Positions 28,471 to 38,594 of a DNA stretch of 64,000 nucleotides are shown here, piece by piece. Where the stretch lies: contig JBQCHA010000159.1 of assembly GCA_051955175.1 (NCBI GenBank), forward strand, positions 10,791 through 74,790. Direction: 5' to 3'. Made by a program: the position numbers and the translations under genes. Below the pieces are notes generated by a model. The model ran no database searches, was not told the DNA's origin, and saw only the letters and a program-made list of their open reading frames with translations. Source of the DNA: Sphingomonas sp. (lineage in GTDB: Bacteria > Pseudomonadota > Alphaproteobacteria > Sphingomonadales > Sphingomonadaceae). Numbering within the stretch: position 1 is the first letter of the stretch; every line of letters begins with the position of its first letter.

Positions 28471-28978
28471 GCGCCAGCGCCTTGGCCTGATGCTTCTCGG
28501 CGGCCCGCGTCGAGATCGACAGCGCGCGTGCGACGTCGGCCATCTTCATTCCTTCAAGCACGCGCAGCACGAAAACATCCCTTCGTCTTTCGGGCAGCTC
28601 GGCGAGCGCCGCCTGCAGGCGATCGATCGCCTCCTTGCTGGCCAAGACGCGATCGGCGGGAATTTCCGAACTTGCCAGGTCCCCGTCGGGCACCGGATCG
28701 TGCAGCCCCTGCCCCCGGACCGCGGCGCGGCGCGCGCGATCCTTCAGCACATTGGCGGCGGTGACGAACAGGAAATGTTCGGGCTTTTCCACCGCAGCGG
28801 GATCCGGCAGCCGGCTGAGGCGCAGGAACACCTCCTGGACGAGATCGGGCACGTCGGCGGGCTCGCGCACGCGCCGCGCGAAGAACCGGCCCAGCGCATC
28901 GCGATAGCTCGACGCCATGCGCGTCAGCACGGCATCGCGCGTCGCCGTCTCGGCCGATCGGGTCCGCGCCCTCTCCAT
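28433..28978 (-). CDS. ECF sigma-70 factor (FecI-like)
   Basis: DLVQEVFLRL region 2, LPERRRDVFVL...ADVARALSIS region 4; overlaps fecR. Confidence 0.92.
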   Translation of the reverse strand: MERARTRSAETATRDAVLTRMASSYRDALGRFFARRVREPADVPDLVQEVFLRLSRLPDPAAVEKPEHFLFVTAANVLKDRARRAAVRGQGLHDPVPDGDLASSEIPADRVLASKEAIDRLQAALAELPERRRDVFVLRVLEGMKMADVARALSISTRAAEKHQAKALAHVAAALEGWRDF

Positions 28979-29172
28979 TACTCGTCGTTCTACCGTCCCG
29001 CTGGTTGCGCCCCCTTCATGCCGGAGGGCTTGATCGAAGATAGTCCGGTCGCGGCGGAGAACCTAGTCCCCATGATGATTTAGGGCGGGGAGGCTGTGGG
29101 AGATGTTCCGGAGGCGCGGCCGACGGCAATTGGGCCGGCACCGCCCCCGGCGGGACGATGCCGGCCATCGGA

Positions 29173-31485
29173 TCACGCCTCCGTCAGCGCGGGCGCGTCG
29201 TGTTCGGCGCGCAGCATCCGCGCCGCCGCGATCATGGCGGCGATCGCCGGGCGCACCTCTTCCCAGCGGCGCGTCTTCAGCCCGCAATCGGGGTTCACCC
29301 ACAGCTGATCGGGACGCAGGTGGATCTGGGCGAGGCGGATCAGCCCGGCCATTTCGTCCGCGCCCGGCACGCGCGGGGCATGGATGTCGTACACACCCGG
29401 CCCGATCGCGCTGGGGTAGCGATAGCGGGCGAAGCCTTCCAACAGCTCCATCTGCGATCGCGCGGTCTCGATCGAGATTACGTCGGTATCCATCGCGCCG
29501 ATCGACGGCAGGATCTGGTTGAACTCCGAATAGCACATGTGCGTGTGGATCTGCGTCGTGTCGGCCGCGACCGCCGCCGACAGCCGGAAGCAGTCGACCG
29601 CCCAGTCGAGATAATGCTGCCAGTCGCGGCGGCGCAGCGGCAGCCCCTCGCGCAGCGCCGCCTCGTCGATCTGGATCGCCTTGCACCCCGCCGCTTCCAG
29701 GTCGGCGACCTCGTCGCGGATCGCCAGCGCGATTTGCCGGCAGGACGCCTCGCGCGGCTGATCGTCGCGCACGAACGACCAGTTCAGGATCGTCACCGGC
29801 CCGGTCAGCATGCCCTTGACCGGTCGATCGGTCAGCGACTGCGCATAGCGCCACCAGTCGACCGTCATCGCCCTGGGCCGCGACACGTCGCCGTAGAGGA
29901 TCGGCGGCCGCACGCAGCGCGAGCCATAGCTTTGCACCCAACCGCTGGAGGTGAAGGCGAAGCCGGCGAGCTGTTCGCCGAAATACTGCACCATGTCGTT
30001 CCGCTCGAACTCGCCATGGACCAGCATGTCGAGCCCGACCTCCTCCTGCCAGCGGATCGCCCGCTCGGTCTCCTCGCGCAGGAAATGGTCATAGGCCGCG
30101 TCGTCGATCACGCCGCGCAGATGCTCGGCGCGGGCGTGGCGCACCTCGGCGGTCTGCGGGAACGAGCCGATCGTGGTGGTGGGAAAGGCGGGAAGGCCGA
30201 GCGCCGCCGCCTGCGCGCGGGCGCGTTCGGGATAAGGCGAGCGGCGCTCGCGCATCTCCGCCGTCACCTGCGTCAACCGCGCGGCGACGGCGGCGTCATG
30301 GACCCGCGGCGACTGGCGGCGCCGCTCGGCGGCTGCGGTGGAGGCGGCCAGTTCGCTCGCCACGCTGGCGCGGCCATGGTTCAGCGCGCCCTTGAGGATC
30401 GCCAGCTCCTCGATCTTCTGCACCGCGAAGGCGAGCCATTGCGTCAGCTCCTCGTCCAGCTTCGGCTCGCTGGCGAGATCGACCGGCACGTGGAGCAGCG
30501 AGCAGGACGGCGCCAGGATCAGGTCGCGCGTCGCCGCGACCGGCTCGATCCGGTCGAGCAAAGCGTCGAGATCGGCGCGCCAGACGTTGCGCCCATCGAT
30601 CACGCCGAGCGACAGCAGCAGCGTCTTCGGCGCGACCTTGAGCAGCGCATCGAGCTGCCCCGGCGCGCGGACCAGATCGACGTGGAGGCCCGCGACGGGC
30701 AGCGCCGCGGCCAGCGACAAATTGTCCTCCAGACCGCCGAAATAGGTGGCGAGCATCAGCTTCACGCCCTGCTTCGCCAGCCGGGCGTAGGCGCGGGTGA
30801 AGGCGCTGCGCTGCGTTCCGTTGAGATCGGTGACCAGGATTGGCTCGTCGATCTGCACCCACTCGGCGCCGGCCTGGGCCAGCTGGCCGAGGATCGCGAT
30901 ATAGAGACCGACGACCTCGTCGAGATAGTCGAACGGATCGACGCCATGCCCCTTGGCCAGGCTCAGCCAGGTGACCGGGCCGAGCAGCACCGGGCGCGTG
31001 TGGAAGCCGTGCGCCTTCGCCTCGCGGAATTCGTCGACGACCTTCAGGCGGTTGAGCGCCAGCCGGGTGCCGCGCTCGAGTTCGGGCACGATGTAGTGAT
31101 AGTTGGTGTCGAACCATTTGGTCATCTCGCCGGCGGTGACGCCGCCGTGCGCATGGCCGCAGCCCTCCGCGCCGGCGGTGCCGCGCGCTATGGCGAAATA
31201 GGTGGCGAGGTCGCTCTCGCCCGGCGCCGCCCGATAGCGCTCGGGGATGGCGCCCAGCATCACGCTCATGTCCAGCGCGTGATCGTAGAGCGAGAAGTCG
31301 TTGGCCGGCAGCCAGTCGGCGCCTAGCCCCTTCTGCCGCGCCCAGGCAGCGGTGCGCAGGCCCGCGGCAGCGCCCTGCAGTTCCTTCTCGCCGGTCTTGC
31401 CGGACCAGTATTTCTCCAGCGCGAACTTCAGCTCGCGGCGCGGGCCGATCCGCGGGAAGCCCAAGGTGGCAATCGTAACAGTCAT
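29173..31485 (-). CDS. metE: Cobalamin-independent methionine synthase
   Basis: LGFPRIGPRRELK, MTKWFDTNYHY, HGEFERNDMV, HTHMCYSEF, WVNPDCGLKTR. Confidence 0.97.
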   Translation of the reverse strand: MTVTIATLGFPRIGPRRELKFALEKYWSGKTGEKELQGAAAGLRTAAWARQKGLGADWLPANDFSLYDHALDMSVMLGAIPERYRAAPGESDLATYFAIARGTAGAEGCGHAHGGVTAGEMTKWFDTNYHYIVPELERGTRLALNRLKVVDEFREAKAHGFHTRPVLLGPVTWLSLAKGHGVDPFDYLDEVVGLYIAILGQLAQAGAEWVQIDEPILVTDLNGTQRSAFTRAYARLAKQGVKLMLATYFGGLEDNLSLAAALPVAGLHVDLVRAPGQLDALLKVAPKTLLLSLGVIDGRNVWRADLDALLDRIEPVAATRDLILAPSCSLLHVPVDLASEPKLDEELTQWLAFAVQKIEELAILKGALNHGRASVASELAASTAAAERRRQSPRVHDAAVAARLTQVTAEMRERRSPYPERARAQAAALGLPAFPTTTIGSFPQTAEVRHARAEHLRGVIDDAAYDHFLREETERAIRWQEEVGLDMLVHGEFERNDMVQYFGEQLAGFAFTSSGWVQSYGSRCVRPPILYGDVSRPRAMTVDWWRYAQSLTDRPVKGMLTGPVTILNWSFVRDDQPREASCRQIALAIRDEVADLEAAGCKAIQIDEAALREGLPLRRRDWQHYLDWAVDCFRLSAAVAADTTQIHTHMCYSEFNQILPSIGAMDTDVISIETARSQMELLEGFARYRYPSAIGPGVYDIHAPRVPGADEMAGLIRLAQIHLRPDQLWVNPDCGLKTRRWEEVRPAIAAMIAAARMLRAEHDAPALTEA

Positions 31486-31592
31486 GTCTTCAACCCCGAA
31501 GAGGGCGAAGCGCCGGACCGGACACACGCGGGCGCAACCACCCGGCCGCGCGCACAAGCGACCAGGCCGGACACCCCGCCGGTGGACGTTAT

Positions 31593-31777
31593 GGCGCCGA
31601 AGGCAGGTCTCCTGGCTTGCGGGTCGGCGCGGACGGTCCGTCTTCCCGGGGCGCGAACCCCAGTGACATGGTGGACCGCCGCTCACCGCTTACAGTTGCG
31701 GGGGCAGCGCCGGACTTGCACCGGCTTCCCGTCTTAGCTCCGGCACGAAACGCGCCCGGCCGGAGAACCTCGACGCC
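31593..31777 (-). promoter_or_regulatory. Cobalamin (B12) riboswitch
   Basis: Minus strand reads GGGAAGCCGGTGCAAGTCCGGCGCTGCCCCCGCAACTGT...CACTGGG...GGGAAG...AAGCCAGGAGACCTGCC (B12 box) upstream of metE. Confidence 0.95.
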
Positions 31778-31813
31778 CCTGCATCGCGCGCGCAACGCCC
31801 CACGTCAAGCCAC

Positions 31814-31833
31814 ATATAAAGGATTCTTTATAT
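31814..31833. promoter_or_regulatory. SahR-like operator ATATAAAG-N4-CTTTATAT
   Basis: Perfect 8-4-8 AT-rich palindrome upstream of the metE leader; resembles the alphaproteobacterial SahR motif as recalled. Confidence 0.75.
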
Positions 31834-31933
31834 CATATGAGCGCTTCGCGGCGGCGCGCGATCGCGAATAGCGCGAAACCAGCGGCGGCGCGCCTCGTTG
31901 TCCGGTGGTCGCCCCTCCCGCCCGAAGGAAACG

Positions 31934-32446
31934 ATGGCCCAGGTCACGCCCATCTACGTCGAACATACCCGCGCGCTGTTCCTGAGCGAGCGCTCCCGCC
32001 GGGAGGGGATACGCGGCAGCCTCAGCACGCCGGTTGCCGCCATCTCGTTCACTGTATTCGCGTTCGGCAACCTGGCGATCAGGATCGATGCCGATCGCTG
32101 GCAACAGCTGCCGACGCTCGCCATCCTGGTGCTCGGCGCCGGCGCGCTGGTCGCGCTGTTCGCTTCCGCATGGCAGGTGGTGATGTCGGAGTGGCTGTTC
32201 GTCTATCACGAGCCGCCGCGCCTGCCCGACCTGCTCGACGACGCCGGGGCCGACGAGGAGCAAAGCGACGGCGAGAGCATCCGGCGGCTGCTCGCGGCGA
32301 GCTATGCCGTGGCGTACGAACAATATCTGGAGGGCAATGCGATCAGCACCCGCCACCGCACCTGGTCGTTGCGGCTGATCCTGCTGGCGCTGCTGCTGCA
32401 GGCGGTTGCGTTCACCATCCTGCCGTTCCACCTGGCGGGGGCGTGA
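31934..32446 (+). CDS. Hypothetical 3-TM membrane protein
   Basis: GAAGGAA RBS, ATG 31934, three hydrophobic segments, high GC3 codon usage. Confidence 0.7.
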   Translation: MAQVTPIYVEHTRALFLSERSRREGIRGSLSTPVAAISFTVFAFGNLAIRIDADRWQQLPTLAILVLGAGALVALFASAWQVVMSEWLFVYHEPPRLPDLLDDAGADEEQSDGESIRRLLAASYAVAYEQYLEGNAISTRHRTWSLRLILLALLLQAVAFTILPFHLAGA

Positions 32447-32448
32447 CG

Positions 32449-32703
32449 ATGCGCATCGTCGACTGGCTGTTCACCCGGCGGCGCGACCGGCCACGCTTTG
32501 CCGCCCTCCCGCGCAAGGTGCGCCGCCGCCTGGCCTTCGCCTGCCGCGAGTTGGGCGAGGCGGAGCGCGAGATGGCCGACCGCCTGGGGCTGGCCCGGCC
32601 GCCGCGGCTGCTGATGATCGACGAAGAGGAAGCGGTGATCCTGAGCCCCGCCGATCGCCGGACGCATCTGCGCGGCGTGCCGACGAGCGCCGAGAAGGGC
32701 TGA
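32449..32703 (+). CDS. Small hypothetical protein (84 aa)
   Basis: Starts 2 nt after the upstream stop; MRIVDWLFTRR...LLMIDEEEAVILSP; typical codon usage. Confidence 0.55.
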   Translation: MRIVDWLFTRRRDRPRFAALPRKVRRRLAFACRELGEAEREMADRLGLARPPRLLMIDEEEAVILSPADRRTHLRGVPTSAEKG

Positions 32704-32722
32704 CCGACGGCCCGGCCCGAGT

Positions 32723-34252
32723 TCAGCCCGACGTAGCGATCGCCTGATAGAGCAGCGAGCGCTGCGCGCCGGTCTGGACCTGGGCGACCAAGCGATATCC
32801 GCGACCCAGCGCCTGCTGCACGATCGCGACGCTGCGCGGATCGACGGTGGACGGCAGCGGCGTCGCGCTGACGATGAAGCGCGGGTGCGTCGCCAGCACG
32901 CGGCGCAGTTCCGCGTCGCGCGAGACGCCGAGCGCCGGCGCCTCGTTGCGATGGTTCAGGTGGCTGGGAAAGGGATAGCGCGTCGGCAGCGGCGAGCCGG
33001 TCAGGTAATAGAGGATCGGATCGCCATAATAGACGTAGAGATCGCCGCCACCGAGGCGCGGACGGATGAAACCCACGAGTGCGCGCACGCCGGTGCCCTC
33101 GCCGCGGCTGCGCACATTGCCGCTGACGATCGCGGCATCGGCGATCAGCCCGGCGATGAGCAGGCCGAGCGCCAACCGCCAGCCCCAGCGCGGCCAGGCC
33201 AGCGCCGGGGCGGTGGCGAGCGCGAATGGGACGAGGAGCGGCAGCGCGTAATGGATGTAATAGCCGCCGCACAGCAGCACACCGCCGAACGCGGCGAGGC
33301 ACCACAGCAGGACGAAGCGCCGGGCCGGGTCGATCCGCCCTCCCCGTCGCCACATGCCGGCGACGGCCAACGCAGCGAGCGGGGCGATCACCAGCACGAT
33401 GGTCAGCAACCGACCGACCGCAGTGGCGCCGCCGGCGTCGGCGCGCTCGAAGAAGGATTCGAAATTGGCGCTGAAGAACAGCGCGCCGTGGCCCAGCGCG
33501 ACATAGAACAGCAGCGCGGCGGCGGTCGGCAGCAAGCCGCAGCCGACCCACAGCGCCACATTGCCGACGAAGCGCCCGGCCTGCCGCTCGCGCTGCCAGC
33601 CGCACCACAGCAGCGCCATGCCGAAAAACACGCCCTCGAACAGCGCGGTGTACTTCACCTGGATGGCGACGCCCATCAGCAGCATCGCGCCGCAGCCGGC
33701 GCGCGTCAGGCGGCGACCGGTGACGCCGCGGCTGGTCCAGATCCGCAGCGCGATCGCCGCGGCCAGCGCGGTGAACAGGTTGTAGAACACCGGCGATTGG
33801 CCGCCGTCGCCGCCCGCCATGTCGAGCCAGACGAGGTAGACGAGGCCCGCGGCGATGGCTGCCCAGGGCGTCGCAATGGCGCGCGCCATCCGGCTGATGA
33901 CGAACGCGGTGGCGATCGCGAAGGCTGTCGCGACCAGCTGATATTGCAGGATGCCGGCGCCACCCAGGCCACGGATCGCGCCATAGATCAGGAACAGGCC
34001 GACCGGCTTGCGATCCCAGATGTCGACGAAAGGCAGCAGGCCGTGCCACATCCGATCGCCGACCAGCAGGTAGAATTGCTCGTCGACCTGCACCACGGGA
34101 TTGCCGAACTGCGGCGCGCGGAGCGCGACGGCGGCGAGGCCAAGCAGCAGCAGCGCCTGCCACGCGGTCGGCTCGGCGCGGGACCGGGCCCGCGGGAGCG
34201 CATGCGATCGGCCGTCGGCAATCGCGGATTCAAGGGCGGTCAGACGCATCAC
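32723..34252 (-). CDS. GT-C fold (ArnT/PMT-like) membrane glycosyltransferase
   Basis: VDEQFY acidic loop, PFVDIWDRKPVG, about 12 TM helices. Confidence 0.75.
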   Translation of the reverse strand: MMRLTALESAIADGRSHALPRARSRAEPTAWQALLLLGLAAVALRAPQFGNPVVQVDEQFYLLVGDRMWHGLLPFVDIWDRKPVGLFLIYGAIRGLGGAGILQYQLVATAFAIATAFVISRMARAIATPWAAIAAGLVYLVWLDMAGGDGGQSPVFYNLFTALAAAIALRIWTSRGVTGRRLTRAGCGAMLLMGVAIQVKYTALFEGVFFGMALLWCGWQRERQAGRFVGNVALWVGCGLLPTAAALLFYVALGHGALFFSANFESFFERADAGGATAVGRLLTIVLVIAPLAALAVAGMWRRGGRIDPARRFVLLWCLAAFGGVLLCGGYYIHYALPLLVPFALATAPALAWPRWGWRLALGLLIAGLIADAAIVSGNVRSRGEGTGVRALVGFIRPRLGGGDLYVYYGDPILYYLTGSPLPTRYPFPSHLNHRNEAPALGVSRDAELRRVLATHPRFIVSATPLPSTVDPRSVAIVQQALGRGYRLVAQVQTGAQRSLLYQAIATSG

Positions 34253-34379
34253 AGGGCCAATACAAAGCCAGCTACAGCCGGCTGACTTACGCCAGAACGC
34301 CCGGGAGCGAAACGGGTTCGCCGACCCTGCGCAAGGCGCCGAGATTGCCGGGGTGCGTCGCCGCGCCTAGACCCGCGCG

Positions 34380-35138
34380 ATGAATGACTCGCCCTCCGCG
34401 CCGATCCCTGCCGCTACGCTGGTGGTGCTGCGCGACAGAAGCGACGGCGCGCCCCCCGACCTGCTGATGCTGGAGCGCGGAGCGGCGATGGCGTTCGCCG
34501 CCGGCGCGCTGGTGTTCCCTGGCGGACGGATCGATCCCGGCGACCAGGCGCTCGCCGCGGCTTACGCCGTGCCGGCGGCCGCGGCGCGGATCGCCGCGAT
34601 CCGCGAGACGATCGAGGAATGCGGCCTGGCCGTCGCCTTGAGCCCCCGTCCGGACGCGGCGACGCTCGCCAATCTCAGGCGCGCGCTGCACGCCGGGGAA
34701 CCGTTCGCCGACCTGCTCGGCGCGGCGGGGATTGCGCTGGACCTCGCAGCGCTGGAACCGTTCGCGCGCTGGCGGCCGGACCACAAGCCCACGCGGATTT
34801 TCGACACGCACTTCTTCCTGGCGCGGTTACCGGAAGGTGCGCCGCTGCCGAGTGCCGATGGCGGCGAGACGGTCCGCGTCTTCTGGGCGAGCGCGCGCCG
34901 GGTATTGGCGGACGCCGATGCCGGGCGCGCCCGCATCATCTTTCCGACACGGCGCAACCTGGAACGGCTCGCGCGCTTCGGCAGTCATGCCGACGCGGTG
35001 GCGGACGCGCGGGCGCATCCGGTGCGGCTGGTCACGCCGTGGATCGAGGATCGCGACGGCGTGCCGCATCTCTGTATCGACGATGACCTGGGCTATCCCG
35101 TCACCGCCGAGCCGCTGGACGCGGTCGCGCGCGGATAG
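34380..35138 (+). CDS. NUDIX hydrolase (Nudt19-like)
   Basis: PAATLVVLR, VFPGGRID, AAIRETIEECG Nudix box, FDTHFF. Confidence 0.88.
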   Translation: MNDSPSAPIPAATLVVLRDRSDGAPPDLLMLERGAAMAFAAGALVFPGGRIDPGDQALAAAYAVPAAAARIAAIRETIEECGLAVALSPRPDAATLANLRRALHAGEPFADLLGAAGIALDLAALEPFARWRPDHKPTRIFDTHFFLARLPEGAPLPSADGGETVRVFWASARRVLADADAGRARIIFPTRRNLERLARFGSHADAVADARAHPVRLVTPWIEDRDGVPHLCIDDDLGYPVTAEPLDAVARG

Positions 35139-35186
35139 CCGGCAGCCGCCGGAGCGACGGGTGGGCGCCGCCGTCGCCGCGTCGGC

Positions 35187-35738
35187 TCAGTTCGGCAGCG
35201 CTGCCGCGTCGACCTTCTCGACCCAGGCGGGGAAGAACACCGGCGGCCGCGTCGACCAGCCCGAGGCGGTTGCCGCCGCTTCGCTGATCGACTGCAGCAG
35301 GCGCCGGCGCAGATCGGGATGGAGGTGCGGCATCGCCGCCGCCGCGCAGAACGCGGCGGGCAGCCACGGCCGGACCGACGCGCCGATCAGTCGCTCGTAA
35401 AGGAAGCGATAGGCGGAAAAGCTGGTCAGCCGCCCCTGCCCCAGGTCGAACGCGCTGACCGTGATCAGCGGCGTCAGGAACGGCTCGACCGCATCCAGGC
35501 TGCTGTCGTCGGGCACCATCGCGCGGAGTTCGGGTAGGCGGTTGTAGAGCCGTGCCTGCGCCCGGATGCTGGCCGCTTCGACGACGTCGCGCGACCACAG
35601 GGTCATCGCGTCTTCGCGATCCAGCCCGATATCGAGCGAGCGGCGCATGTAGCGCTGCGTCGCGGCGCTGAAACTCGCGAACTCCTTCATCTCCGCCAGG
35701 CTCAACGTGCCCTGAGCATGTTTCATCCGAGAACCCAT
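35187..35738 (-). CDS. Conserved hypothetical protein (start uncertain)
   Basis: MKEFASFSAATQRYMRRSLDIGL...FLYERLIG...GWSTRPPVFFPAWVEKV; strong coding bias. Confidence 0.7.
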   Translation of the reverse strand: MGSRMKHAQGTLSLAEMKEFASFSAATQRYMRRSLDIGLDREDAMTLWSRDVVEAASIRAQARLYNRLPELRAMVPDDSSLDAVEPFLTPLITVSAFDLGQGRLTSFSAYRFLYERLIGASVRPWLPAAFCAAAAMPHLHPDLRRRLLQSISEAAATASGWSTRPPVFFPAWVEKVDAAALPN

Positions 35739-35966
35739 GTCGTCACCCCGCCCATGTCGGCCGAACACCATCGTCCAACCGTGCCGAACGTGCGCCAGGG
35801 TGATTTTCACGAGCCTTAACGCAGCATTCGCGCCATGTTCAGAAAGGAATCATGGAACGTGCCGCGACGCAACAAAGCATGCGACGAACCGAGTGCCTGT
35901 GGCCGGAAAGACCGGCCACTGCGGCAGTTTCGCAACATTCGTGAAGCACGCCGGGGGCGCGCCCGC

Positions 35967-36263
35967 TCAATCCTTCTGGCGCTCGCGCTCGGCATCGGGA
36001 TCATAGCCCGAGGACGGCGCCGGACCGGTGCGGTGGACCGGCTGGACGGAGGCGGGCGGATCGGACGCGTCCATCGATTCGTCCAGCCCCTCGTCAAGTC
36101 GGGCCTGCACGCTTTCGGGGTTGCGCTTCAGTTCCTCGGTGATCTGCGGGTCCTTCCCGGCATCGCGGTCGGGCGCCAGGTCCTTGGGCTGCGGCGGCGC
36201 GACGGCGCCCTTGTGGAGCGGCTGATAGGCGCTGTCGCCATCGCTGTTGCGCTGATCGTTCAT
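35967..36263 (-). CDS. Small acidic stress-type protein with ESMDASDPP motif
   Basis: AGGAGA RBS, LDEGLDESMDASDPP (ESFPASDPP-like), EcfG promoter upstream. Confidence 0.7.
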   Translation of the reverse strand: MNDQRNSDGDSAYQPLHKGAVAPPQPKDLAPDRDAGKDPQITEELKRNPESVQARLDEGLDESMDASDPPASVQPVHRTGPAPSSGYDPDAERERQKD

Positions 36264-36289
36264 GGCTGTCTCCTCTTCTCGAGGAACTG

Positions 36290-36314
36290 AACGAGCGTCC
36301 GCGCTCACCGTTCC
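36290..36314 (-). promoter_or_regulatory. EcfG promoter
   Basis: GGAAC-N16-CGTT on the minus strand, 27 nt upstream of ATG 36263. Confidence 0.8.
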
Positions 36315-36351
36315 TGCCGCGCGGGCCGCGGCCGGAGGTTGCGTGCCAACG

Positions 36352-36384
36352 AAAAAGCCCGGCGGGTCGTCCCGCCGGGCTCTT
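36352..36384 (-). terminator. Intrinsic terminator after the BI-1 gene
   Basis: AGCCCGGCGGG / CCCGCCGGGCT stem with a T5 tract on the minus strand. Confidence 0.7.
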
Positions 36385-36408
36385 GTCACTTGGTTCTGTT
36401 GGCGCCGC

Positions 36409-37158
<750 letters not shown>

Positions 37159-37274
37159 TAGCGAATAACTCCTTTGCCGGTCACTGTACCGGTTGGCTGG
37201 AATATCGCCCGTCGAGGCCCATTTTTCAAGCGAAACCGGTTGCCGCGGCGGGGTGAGCGACTACCCATGGGGAT

Positions 37275-37817
37275 ATGCACCGCCTGTTCGCCGCCCTGCG
37301 CCCACCGTCGGAGATCCGACAGATGCTCGCCGCGCTGATGGGCGGCGTGCCGCGTGCCCGCTGGCAGGATGACGACCAGCTGCACCTGACGCTGCGCTTC
37401 ATCGGCGACGTCGACCGACCGACCGCCGAGGACGTGGCGGTGGCACTGTCGCAGCTTCATGCGCCGGCGCCGCGCATCGCGCTCGACGGCGTCGGGGCGT
37501 TCGATCGCCAGGGCCGGACCGAGGCGATCTGGGCAGGCGTGACGCCGCACGACGCGCTGAAGCAGTTGCACAAGAAGGTCGACCGCGCATTGGTCGCCGC
37601 CGGGCTGGCGCCGGAGCGCCGCGCCTATCTGCCGCACATCACGCTGGCGCGGCTGCCGCGTACCGCCGGGGCGGAGGTGCAGGTCGCCCGCTTCGTCGCC
37701 GATCACGCCGATCTGGCCAGCGAGCCGTTCAGCTGCGACCACCTGATCCTGTTCGAAAGCCAGCTGGGCCGCGAAGGTGCGCGGTACGAAGCGGTCGCGC
37801 GCTGGCCGCTCGGCTGA
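37275..37817 (+). CDS. thpR: RNA 2',3'-cyclic phosphodiesterase
   Basis: RLFAAL start, two HxT motifs (HLTL, HITL). Confidence 0.92.
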   Translation: MHRLFAALRPPSEIRQMLAALMGGVPRARWQDDDQLHLTLRFIGDVDRPTAEDVAVALSQLHAPAPRIALDGVGAFDRQGRTEAIWAGVTPHDALKQLHKKVDRALVAAGLAPERRAYLPHITLARLPRTAGAEVQVARFVADHADLASEPFSCDHLILFESQLGREGARYEAVARWPLG

Positions 37818-37853
37818 CCGACGTCCACCCCGGACCGCGGCCGGCCATTGACA

Positions 37854-37870
37854 ATGTTACATTGTAACAT
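37854..37870. promoter_or_regulatory. Zur-box-like palindrome ATGTTAC-ATT-GTAACAT
   Basis: Perfect 7-3-7 palindrome directly after TTGACA (37848-37853), 15 nt upstream of a ZIP gene. Confidence 0.8.
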
Positions 37871-37885
37871 CATCAAGCCCGCCGC

Positions 37886-38590
37886 ATGTCGACGTTGATG
37901 CCCTTCGCCTGGGGAGCCGGTTCCGGCCTCTCGATCATCATCGGCGGCGTGCTGGCGCGGCGGCTGGCGCATCGATCCGGGTTGATCCTCGGCCTCGCCG
38001 CCGGGATGGTGCTGGGGATCGCGCTGTTCGACCTGGCACCGGAGGCGTATCGGCTGGCGGCGGGCCTGCCCCGCCTGCCCCTGCTGCTCGCCTCGGCGAT
38101 CATCGGCCTGGCGCTCTATGCCCTGCTCGACCGGCTGTCGCATGCACAATGGGCGGGCGCCGACCGGCTGCGCCCGCATATCGGACCCGCCAGCCTGTTC
38201 CTGCACGTCGTTATCGACGGCTTCATGGTCGGCATCGGCTTCTCGGTTTCGTCGCAGACCGGATTGATCATCGCGCTGGCGATCGTCGCCCATGGTCTGG
38301 TTCACGGGATCAACACCGTCACGCTGACCAAGACCGGCGGCGGCAGTTGGCGTACCGCGCGGATGTGGCTGGCGCTGAACGCGGTGGCGCCGGTGATCGG
38401 CGTGTTCATCGCCGGGCGGATCCCCGCCTCCCCGCTGCAGCTGGCGGTGCTGCTGAGCGCCTTTGCCGGCGTATTCGTCTATATCGGTGCCTGGGAGCTG
38501 CTGCCGGATGCCCGGAGCGAGGCCGGCACCGCGCCGATCGCCGCCGGGGTGGCGCTGATGGCAGCCGCGGCGTTCCTGATCGGCGGCTGA
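37886..38590 (+). CDS. ZIP-family metal (zinc) transporter
   Basis: LAAGMVL...FDLAPEA, HVVIDG, IVAHG, AGVFVYIG..ELLP; about 8 TM helices. Confidence 0.82.
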   Translation: MSTLMPFAWGAGSGLSIIIGGVLARRLAHRSGLILGLAAGMVLGIALFDLAPEAYRLAAGLPRLPLLLASAIIGLALYALLDRLSHAQWAGADRLRPHIGPASLFLHVVIDGFMVGIGFSVSSQTGLIIALAIVAHGLVHGINTVTLTKTGGGSWRTARMWLALNAVAPVIGVFIAGRIPASPLQLAVLLSAFAGVFVYIGAWELLPDARSEAGTAPIAAGVALMAAAAFLIGG

Positions 38591-38594
38591 GCCA

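Noticed and set aside
3689-29100. Integrative genomic island inserted at tRNA-Ala
   Set aside because: No integrase or transposase, no duplicated tRNA 3' end seen in the window, and composition looks host-like; at most an old accessory region
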